64,000 nucleotides of DNA from Penicillus capitatus (Eukaryota > Plantae > Chlorophyta), in assembly GCA_965649825.1 (NCBI GenBank), contig OZ287705.1, forward strand, positions 372,001-436,000. Direction: 5' to 3'. This document shows, piece after piece, positions 36,984 through 47,427 of the stretch. The notes under the pieces were generated by a model that was not told the DNA's origin, searched no databases, and saw nothing but the letters and a program-made list of their open reading frames with translations. The position numbers and the translations under genes were made by a program. Position 1 is the stretch's first letter; each line of letters starts with the position of its first letter.

Positions 36984-39900
36984 ATGCGAGTTACAGGTTC
37001 GTCCGTTTCAAGTTACGGTTTCCGCATCGATGCTGCAGAGGGACGCGGGTCGTGGGAAGGAGTGGAGTATTCCTACACACTAAGTACACATCTGTGGTAT
37101 GGAGTTTACGAGGTAGCTGCCTCCGTTCGTGCTGCCAGAACCCTTATCTGCGTCTCTGCCGCAGTGGCGTGTACACCGTTCTATGTTCGACGAAGAACAT
37201 CGGAGGATCAAGTCGAACGTCTTTGATATCGGTGGCGAGAAATGGTGAAGTCGAGAGCAATGACCCGGCGGCTTTTATTCGTTTTGCTCTGGCCAGGAAA
37301 GTTCTCGCCGAGCATCTGGGCAGTCAGAGATTGGTTGTCGGCTTACAGTCGACGACGACATCATCCATTAAAGCTCACTACTCAATCACTCTCGTCAACC
37401 ATAAAGACGAAAGAAAGAATCTGGTCAGAGGTATGAAGACATGACGCCATTCTTACCTGTGCGAGGAGGTGTGTGTTTCCTGCAGCAAAGTTCTTTGATC
37501 GCCGGTGGTGGAATAAAAGTCCCCAGAGGGTCGATCCCTTCTGCATGGCATCGGTCACCGAGGATACCTCATGTGGATACCTTAAGGAAGACTGTTTCAC
37601 GTTGCGATTGGAATTGAGAATTAAGCATCCAGACAACGAATCTGCAACATTTGCCATTCTCCGAAGGATGGTCTTCTGCGAAGTGAGTGCCGAGAAAGCC
37701 CTTCTAGTCGCTAAAAGTGGACGATGTCAGTGGAACATCAAACATGCGTGGGAGATGAGTCCATCCGTGTTAAGAACGGATCACTTCAAGATCAACAACG
37801 ACATGTGAGTTGTGGAAAGCAATGCCTTCCATTCCATTCCTATTGATCTCATGTCGGTTGCACAGGGAGTTGAGACTGTGTAAGGAGGGAGGAGCTTTCG
37901 GTGCTGAAGGTCTGAGCGTTCTTCTCGCGAATATGAGCAGCCGGAATGCTTGCTTTAAGGGTGAAATCTGCCTCATAAAAAGTGGTTCTTCAGCTCACAG
38001 CACGACCTTAAGTTCTTCATGCCGTCATCGGTTCTTCCATCCCCTCTGTCCAGAATTTGCCGAGCAGATCGATGTTGGCGCTGCTAAGGGATGGGTCCGA
38101 TATCTCGAGAAGAAGGATGTGACAGACGGGGGTTTTTCGGTCGGGGAGGATGGCTGGTTGAAGATTTCCGTGAAGATCACGCTGATGAGCCACCAGGTTT
38201 TCACAAACGCACTCCCTCCAATTCTTAGACGACTTTCGACGCATCATCTTCCCAAGATCGATAGTGGCACTCAGGTGCGATATCAAGGTGCCAACAGATT
38301 TCTAAGAACTGCAATCACTGTACACCGGCTTGTGACAGAGGGCATTGGACGGACTGATAAAATCAATCATTACTACAGGCTGACGACAAACAAGTGGTTT
38401 GCTCGCTACGAAGTTAGAGATCCGAGGTCTCCATCTGACTGCGATGACGTGTTGTGTTTGAACAGTTGTTTGTGCATCGATCTTTCCTGGAACAGAAGGT
38501 CGGACAGGTCTTCACCAACGCGTTCGAGGTGGAAAACCGATTATGGTGCAAAGAAGGCATTCTTGCGTTCTTCTGATGTGGCGTGTTTAAGGTGCATTGG
38601 AATAAAGCGCGATGAAGACAGGTATCTCTGCGCTTGCTTTTCATCAAAGAACGAGATTCGAGTGGAAGTGCAGTTTGGATTCGAGCTGGTGAACCATTAC
38701 AAAAACGCTCACAGTAAACGCACCGGTAAAGGAAACGGATTCTGAATAGACTGCAAGGCTGAGCTGATGCCGACAGGAACCCTTCATGAGTTCTCGTTCA
38801 TCGATGACTGCTGTACAGACAAACTCCTTCCATGCACCGAGATAGCGTCACCGGATAATGGATTCCTGGATGATGACCATTTTCTCGTTCGATTGGACAT
38901 GAGAGTGAAGCAGAAAGATAGTGAACTGTGTGAGGTCACCGTAGACGGAAAGACTGCAACCTGCCAAGTATCCTTCCTCTGTGTTCGATGTATGGTCTCA
39001 CACTAGAGCTGGATGTTAGTGGAAGTCGAGATTCGTGAGAGAAATGAGTCCGTGGCGCGTTGTCACCAGAACCATCAGAATTAGAGACTCGGCAATGTGA
39101 GTATCTCCCAAGTATCACGGCGGCCATTTGAAGATTCTCTGTGAGTAGGCAGATGTTCTTTTATGTCAACGGTCGGTGTGGTTCGGACCTTCCAGTCATT
39201 TCAATTCAACAGCAGAGTACAGAAAACCTCATTCGAATGTTCTTGAAAATCGACCTTCTCCATCATATCTACTCCAAGAGAGTCAGATTGAAGAGTAACT
39301 CTATCTCTTGTGTCTTGTTGCATCGCATGGTGCAGTTTAGGCTGTCATCGTGTACTTCGTCAGAACAAAGAGATGTGGATAGTCGAGTTGTCCACTCCGA
39401 GTCAGCTGGAGGACGAAGACTTAGGCTTTGTCAAAGATGGCTGGACGATGGTCGAGATCCAGATAAGGCTGTTTGATGAACGCGAGTTCGATGAGGAGAT
39501 CAGGCGCATATCAAGACCTCTGGATCGGGTGCCTCGAGGATGGAAGGAGCCCGACCCTCGCGAACTGATGCACGTCGAAGGTCTGTCGTTCAACGATGTC
39601 TTCCTGCTTCGATGGCCATTGACTGCAGAGGGAGGCGGAGAAGACAGGGGCATTCCTTACACTTTCATTCTGAATAGGTACAAGTACTTCGCCACATACG
39701 AGGTAAGTTCTGCCAAAGACCACCATCTCCGCTGTGTTATAATCTGTTTTTCTTCTTTGACAGTTAAAAGTGCCTCGAGCGTTTCTGCCTGCGAGAGAGA
39801 CTCGCTTAAATACCAATCTGTTCAATCTGGACGGCAGAGAATGGCTAGATCAGTACTCGTTGACGACGCGCCTGAAACGTGTGATGTTTTAGGAGTGTGC

Positions 39901-42900
39901 AGATTTGGCACCGCTTTGACGGAAGCCTGGGTGCTTATCTGTGGAACGAGAGCGTGACCAAGGCAACAGCTCATTTCGCTTTTACGATCGTGAACAAAGA
40001 ACATAACAAAAGTGAATCTGCAGGTGATGGATCCACTAGAGATATTTTCCATTTTGAAAGATGTTTGTTCTATTCGAAGGATTCTGCGAGGAATTCTTTC
40101 CCGTTGTATGCGAAGACAATTCAGGGTTTACCCTCTGCTCTGCTGCGAGAGTGAACGATCCGTCGAAGGAATTCTTGGAGAAGGACTTCTTCCTCGTGCG
40201 TGCGGAGATCAGACTCAAGCTCCAGGACAATGAGCGCTGGACGGCATCCGTCAAACGAAAGACGGCTACATGCACTGTATGTTCGATTTTTTCTTCGAAT
40301 CACATCGATATTCGACATCTGTCTGCAGTGGAAGCTGAAGGGACTGCCAAGTCTCTGTCCATCAGTATTGCGTTCCGAGTTCTTCAATATTAAAAAATTG
40401 AAGTGGTGCACACGGCATCATTTGACTCTACTCATGTCGACTGGAATATGCGTTTGTGCTTGCAGGAGATTGGCACTGACGCCGAGGGGAAATACGTCTA
40501 ACTCTGACAACATCGGAGTTTACCTCGGCAATTGTCAGAATCATCCCGTCCGTGTGAGAACTGAGTTCACTGCCATGAATCACACGTCGGCAAAGAAGGC
40601 TTCTGAAAATAAAGTTGAAAGTCGGCACCGTTTTCTGTTAACTTATATGGCTGAAGGGATTCTACAGAATTCACCGAGAGCATCGCAGCAAACGGAGTCC
40701 TGGGCATTTACCAGTTTTTGACGAGCGACCAGTTGACGGACGAGTCACTCGGATTCCTGGAAAGAGGCTGGGTCACATTGACTGCGAGAGTCACCCTTCT
40801 CGATGTCGATCGCGTGCCGCAGTGTGAGTCCTGCCGAAAGGACCCCGTATGCTCTGTACGTCACGGCAACACGTACGAACACTCCCTCCTCTACAATCCA
40901 CTAATACCCACTGCCAGAAAGCATCTGTGCTACTGCACCAAATGCGCGAAGAAACTGAAGGAGTCGCTGCTCGATGAACAGGAGATCAAGTGCCCTGTAT
41001 GCGAGAAGTTGGTGGAGAGGGTCATCATGAACGACGGTCCCTACTTCGAGCGATGTCCCACATGCCTCATCGACCCCACCTGCGCCGTCAGACACGGCAA
41101 CACGTAGTGCTGTCGCCATCACGCGTTCTGCTGCATGTCTGGCTGTGTTAGGAAACACCTCTGCTACTGCACGGACTGTGGCAGAGAGCTTGCCAGGAGA
41201 CTGAGAGGGAGAGTGTTTCAGGACTGCATCGTCAGCAAGGCTGGACCAAAGAAGATATCGCTCGCGGAGAAGACGACATCAAAATGCCATGTGTGTGGTG
41301 TTGATGACCCAACCTGCTCAGTACTGCACGGATCCACGTATGATCACACGAAAGCTTGATTGATTGTCGCTTAAGCTGATGTCCAGGGAATGCACATGCT
41401 ACTGCCAGCTCTGTGCGTGCAAAGAATTTGCGAAGGTGCTTGCAGAGAAGTGCGTGCTCAAGTGTCCGGTGTGTCAGAGAGAGGCAGATCGCATCGTCGT
41501 CAAGGATGCTGCTGACGATCAGCGAGTCCCAGCTCTGCGCAGATGCAAGAGCGTAGCGACCGTTCGAGAAAAGCAGGAAAAGATTTCTGATGTGCATAGA
41601 GCTGTGGTCTCAGTACAACGAGAGTCATCGAGTCAGACAGTTGCTGAAGGCGGACAGAATACCCAGAAGGACTTGGCGGTATCCAGATATATCGAAACAA
41701 TGTATGCCATCAGAACGCTACTCGAGGAAACTCCAACTCTTCAAAAGGCAGAGATCATCCTTCGACAAGAGCCACCGAGTCAAAAAGCTGCCGAAAACAG
41801 ACAGCACACGCAGAGAAGTTTAAGGCTGCTCAGATACATAAAAGCATTGTCTGCTTGCAAGAAGCTATTCGATGCGATTACAAACTTCTGTGGAGGCGGG
41901 GTCCAACTTCCGCTGAAGCTGTCGAATCAGATAGTCGAGGAAGGCAAACAGAACGCGCAGACATACTCAATAACCCCACCATTCGAGGAGGGTAGAAATA
42001 TCGTCATGGAAGGGGGGAGAAATATCGTCATGGAAGGGGGGAGAAATATCGTCATGGAAGGGGGGAGAAATATCGTCATGGAAGGGGGGAGAAATATCGT
42101 CATGGAAGGGGGGAGAAATATCGTCATGGAAGGGGGGAGAAATATCGTCATGGAAGGGGGGAGAAATATCGTCATGGAAGGGGGGAGAAATATCGTCATG
42201 GAAGGGGGGAGAAATATAGCCATGGGAGGGGGAGAAGCAGCAGACTTGTCGAACAACTATAAAACTGAGATCCCCAATCAGAAAGCATCAGCAAGTCAAA
42301 CAGTCGAAGACAAACAGAACGCACAGGCATACTCAGTAACCGGATTGTGTGATGAAGCAATGTCCAGTCTAGAAGACATGGCAGGCGTGTTACTGGGAAA
42401 TTGTGACGCCGAGTTCCCAGGTCACCCGGAATCAACGCGTCAGAAAGTTGCTGAAGGCAAACAGAATACACAGAATGGAGGCTTACCGAAAGGCACATAC
42501 GAAAAAACAGAGGCTGCTTTCGATAAGCTATTCGATGTGATCTGCAACTTCATTGCCGTCGAGACTCCAGTCCAACAGGCGGCATCGGATCAGACTGTCG
42601 TCGAGGGCGCATGGACACTGCGACAGGTCCCGCTTCTGCACAGATGCGAGAGTGCAACATTCTCTTGGGATAAACAATGTCCAATCTGCCAGACGACCCC
42701 AGACATCGATCATGAAAGCAAGTAAGAGTCTTTTCCTTCGACGTGATGTGTTCAAGTCCAGCAATGTTGCAGCATGCATCTATGCTATTGCATCGAGAAC
42801 AACAGGAAGATAGTCAGAAAGTTGAAGGGCCGGGAAACACGCGTGTGTCCTTTCCCATTTTGCCGCAAGCAAGTCAATCGCGTCATCATGAACGCCGCCC

Positions 42901-43909
42901 CGTGGAAGCCAAGAACTGTCGAGGAGGGTATCAAGGAGTGCGTGCTGTGTAAAATGAAGAAAGAGGCTATGAAGGCAGCAGAACAAACTCAGAAAACGAA
43001 AGGCTCATCCTCCACGTCGAAGGAAGCAGCTTGCAAGACGGGAGATAGCAGACAGAAGACTAGAGGTTCAACCTCTAAAACGACAGAAGCTAGCAAGCCA
43101 GCAGACCGCACGAAGAAGACGAAAGTCCCGATCTCAAAAACAAAAGAAGAAGCCACCAAAACAGCAGACCGCATGCAGAAGACGAAAGCTCCGACTACAA
43201 AGAAGAAGGGAGTGACTTCCAAGGCAACAAACAGTGCACAGAAAACAAAGACTTCCGCTCCTAAGGCAAAGGAAGAAGTCAGCAGGACGAGGTATCGCAC
43301 GAAGAAGAGCAAAGGTGCATCACCCAAGGCGACAGATCCTGACACAGAAGCAGCAATCCCCACATGCTCTGTCGTCCATGGAGACACGTAAGAGCAATTC
43401 CCAGTGTCCGTTCTAATCTCTCATGCTGCACTAGGAGACACAAGTGCTACTGCGATACTTGTGCGCAGAACGTGCTTAAGGACAAGCTGCGCACAGGGAA
43501 AGCGATCAGATGCCCTGTGTGTCGAGAAGTGGTAGATCGGATCATCATGCAGGACACATCGGACGAGAGGAAGAGTCTGGGGATGCGCCGATGCAAGAGC
43601 GCCATGCTCGCCAGAGAGTTGCCACCGTCAGAAACGGCTGTCAGAAGAACGACCGTGAGTCTTGTGTGCGACGAAGACCTGGATCAGATCGTTGTCGAGG
43701 AAGTGTTGGATGACAAGGTCCCTTCCCGACTGCGCCGATGCAAGAGTACTGCCGATCAGATGCCCGTTGTTGGTGCACCCGACGAGGGGCACGTCTCGAA
43801 GCTGCCCAGGTGCAAGAGCTTCGCTGGAAGGCTGACTGCGGAAAACGATCTGGACGATGATTCCCCGTACAAGCTGCGCAGAAGCGAGAGCGCAGACTTG
43901 CTTCCCTGA
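36984..43909 (+). CDS. Multi-exon 6xMATH + 5x C2H2C4(MDM2-like)-RING protein, putative E3 ubiquitin ligase; start uncertain
   Basis: MATH hallmarks occur six times (e.g. WRVHRSMFDEEHRRIKSNVFDIGGEKW; AHYSITLVNH; GYLKEDCFTLRLELRI; WKLKGLPSLCPSVLRSEFFNIKKLKWRLALTPRG..IGVYL; GFLERGWVTLTARVTL). After splicing the RING reads CxxC..HGNTKHLCYCxxC..CPVC..V.RVIM. MATH6 runs into RING1 in one open frame (40718-41107). Stop TGA at 43909. Confidence 0.85.
41985..42224 (+). repeat. Coding minisatellite, 24 bp x 10 (EGGRNIVM)
   Basis: Unit GAAGGGGGGAGAAATATCGTCATG. The 240 nt equal 10 units: 8 identical, first and last slightly variant. In frame within ORF 41364-42725. Confidence 0.95.
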
Positions 43910-45735
43910 ACGCATACACTTGTTTTTCTGTCTATCAAGTATCCATCCGCTCAGAACTCTGCAGAAGAATCGGTGGATTGCTGACCTTCACGATTTGTTA
44001 CCTATCAAGAAGGGAACCCGATTGGAGAGTTCATTGTCTTGCATGCCAGCGAACTCAGAGTGGCATGCTCGATCTTTAGCGTTTTAGAGCTTCTGTTGAA
44101 TGTTGATCACGAACCAGCACATTTGACAGGCTCGATTTAATTGGGGCGAAGAGCATGACCGATTTTCCGGTCATGTGTGACAACCAGAGTGAAGTGGAAC
44201 TTGGCGTTATTCGGTCTCTTTAATCCATTCAGGAGGTTCCTTTACTGCATGCCTTGCTCGAGACTCGGCGAAAAGGCATCTCTAGAGACCTGCTATCCGA
44301 CGCCGAAAAGGGTGCCTCATACAGTAACTCGAGAGTCGAGAACGAGAAGTCGCATGGATCAGATTAGGTGTAACGGGCTTGCGTATAAAGCAAGTGCGGC
44401 CGAGGACACCGTATGCGATTCGACGCATACGACGTCCTAGACCGTACTAGGAGGCCCGGACAGGCGAAATGATGAATGACTGTCACACCCATCGTACACG
44501 TAGAGCACGACACCATCACGACTTCATGGAGTAAGTGGCCCGGCGCCTCTAATCGCCGAAGGTCGGGTGCGGCCGGGCGCGCTACAGGAAGGTTCTTCTC
44601 TCTTCAAGGAGACTTCTCGCGAAACCATGCATCGTACATCACTTCCAACATCTATCTCTCTTTCTAAGCGTCTTGCACGTTTGATGCAGCTGGTGTTTAA
44701 AGGCTATGTAACGCACGTGCGGATCATTTTAATCTCTTGTAGCCGTAGACAGAAGAAGTGATGGAATTGATGCGGTTTTTCATAGAGCGCAGCAGACGAA
44801 GGCTAAGGTTACAAACCAGGCAAACGAGCGTGCGACTGATGACTGAGAAGCGTTCAGACTTCGAAGACTCGCTTCATTCGTAAAGGCGAAGGAGAGATCC
44901 AGTTAAAAACGGAACAACTGCTGTTCGCAGATATTGTTTCCGGGAACACAGCAGTGATGAATGACTCTATACGCTGACCGCAATCTCTGTTCAAACACGC
45001 TCTACTCTCAACACTGCCCTCCTTCTCTTCTCAATCGTCTCTCATATTCCGTAAACGACCTGATGGTTTTACCGAGAGGAGATGTGTTGACAGCCAACGA
45101 CACAGCCGTCCTGGAACAGCTCTCCGTCGGCGACGTGTGACTCTCCGCATCACGCAGCCGACAACGACTCGGCAAAGGCTAAGGAAAGAGTCAGTGTCTT
45201 AGTAATGTACGTGGAGAACACGGCTGCATCAACACAGAACCTCAAAACACTGGCTCGCATCCCAGTCTGTATCAACAGAAGGACACGGCGACCGACATCT
45301 GTACCGTTATCTTTCACTTTTCGGTTAGCAACAGTCGATGCTTGTATATTCAAGCCATCAAAGCTCGCGTCATTCTGAAAAAACGCTGAACGCTATTCAA
45401 CCTCTATTTCGTCGCTTTGTTGAACCGATTCCGTGCGCCATTCCTGCCAGTTGTAAAGTTAATTCTCGTTGTTTGTCTGTTTCCAAGTCTCTCGTCATTT
45501 CGTTTCGACAGCCACTCATTCTTCAAAAACATTAACTTGCTGCGCAACAAGTCTTCAACCTCTACTCGCAGCCAGGCCGACACGACCTGTCGACCATCCT
45601 TCACTCACACACGTCACTCGCACGTATCGAGCGAAAGTAGTCGCCGCCGTCGCAGTAGAACACGTTCGAATCATCTTCTCGCTCAACGTGTGCTGTTACG
45701 TCTCAGGTCCCTGCGTCGACACCACAGGCGTCTGC

Positions 45736-46811
45736 ATGGCAAACGGACGCGTCGTTTCTGAGACTCTGTACGACGCCTCCGACGGCGGCGAAATGGAAGA
45801 GGCGAATGGAGCGGATTCCAGCCAGCCGAACTTAGCTACAGATGGGCGAGATGACTCAGACCATTCTTTCGAACCACCGTTGTCTGTTGAGGACTCAGTT
45901 CTGTCGAACAGCATTCCCGCAATCGCCACCGCGAACGACAATGGATCTCATCTCCCTCTGCACAGACGTATGCGATCTTCTGCTGAACGGAAGATCGATC
46001 ACACTGTCTGTCTCTCATGTCTCTAGATGTACTGCGCCCCTGCCATTGCTGTGGAAGAGGTTGTCATCCGCGAGGATTCGAGGTAAGCCGATGCTCAAAG
46101 CGCGTGGACATTGAAAGGGGGTTCGGATGTCAGGCAGTGCCTTTGGGTGCCGGATCAGGGCCGGGGTCAGTCCCTTCAGACGTTCTGACAAGATTTGAAG
46201 TCCTCAAGGTCATCGGAACTCGGGTCGAATTCTTTCGAGCACGCAGCAATCCGGCCGACTCCTTAAAGAAAAGAGAATCGAGAGATGCGTACGAGCTGCG
46301 CGACGATTACATGAATGCAGATGATTACATCTTCATATGGAAGAAAAGCAAGGAAGGCCGACTGCTGCTGACACTCGAGGAATGCGGATTGTTCATACCG
46401 GAGCTTGAAGTAAGAACCGTGCAGATGGGAGTGGATAATGGCCAATATCATGAAGTGGAATTCGCTGCAAACAGAAACTCCAGAAATCAGCTCGAAATCA
46501 CGATTCGTTTAAACGCAGCGATCCTCCGTCCATCGAGGCTGGAACAGTGTTCGCCTTCTTCGGGCACTGTGGAGGACAAATACGTGACGCTGAACGTTTT
46601 GCTCGAGGTCGCGATCGACCATTCTGTAAGATCGATCGGTATTCCTGCCACAGTCTTCTGCCAAGTCCGAGAGAACGAGAAGACTCGAATGCTCTATATC
46701 TCTCAGAGATGCAAGCAATGGTGGAAAGAGTTGCCTCAATCTCAACGAAATGCTTTGAAGTGTGCTCCCCTTTTGGGGAAGATGATTCTGGAAAGGAAGC
46801 TGCCGTGGTGA
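45736..46811 (+). CDS. Xd: kinase-less domain X protein with acidic disordered N-terminus
   Basis: ATG 45736 exon splices (phase 1) into ORF 46017-46811, which contains YELRDDYMNADDYIFIWK..GRLLLTL..LRPSRLEQCSPSSGTVEDKYVTLNVLLEVAI..VFCQV (compare K1 SPQMGTIEEKYVNVQLLVKVAI). Confidence 0.75.
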
Positions 46812-47427
46812 CGCGATTGACCTACAACACAACTTGTCTTCCCTGTCGTTTTGATCCTGTACCGGTACCCTATCCGTCTTGGTTGCACGAAGCTTGAATG
46901 GAATGGAATGCTCTACCGCGTCGTCATCATCGTTTCCAAGATACATGCTGCAGGCACACCGCGGCCTGATCTGAGCAAAAGGTTGGAATTAGCAATGGAG
47001 AGAGACTTATGGTTGGTTCGAGCTTCTTCTATAGAAGAAGTGCAGGATGATCACACGAAATTGGGAACGATTTGTATTTTATGCACTTTCGCCCGTGTTT
47101 ATTGTCCTACTCTTGCCCTGAGAACCGCAGCTGCTATCAGAGGCGTCGGCTGCGGTTTCATGAACGTTCAAACAATGCAAAGAAAGAGCCCATTTGAAGA
47201 TGCAGAGGATGGTGTGTTGGCGACGGGGATATGTGTGAATTAACTCGATGATCGATTACAGCTTTGTTCGGGTTGGTCGCTGCAAGGCAGCTGCTTGCGA
47301 AGTGTCAAGACTGATCGGAGACTGTACAGGAGTGTGTTATTGCTGTGAAGGATACAGGAAGTGCGAGCATCGATTTCGCACGTGACGACGTCAAAGAATG
47401 GAACGACACTTCGGGAGAGGAAGGGCT

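Noticed and set aside
39844-39892. GC-AG intron in MATH5
   Set aside because: An alternative GT donor at 39853 (40-nt intron) keeps the frame with three extra residues, so the GC donor cannot be asserted without RNA data.
41985-42224. CRISPR-like array
   Set aside because: The units are contiguous with no unique spacers, in frame in a coding exon, and in a eukaryotic context with no cas genes.
44090-45130. Possible transposon or LTR remnant in the intergenic gap
   Set aside because: No terminal repeats, target-site duplication or RT/integrase/transposase motif could be identified.
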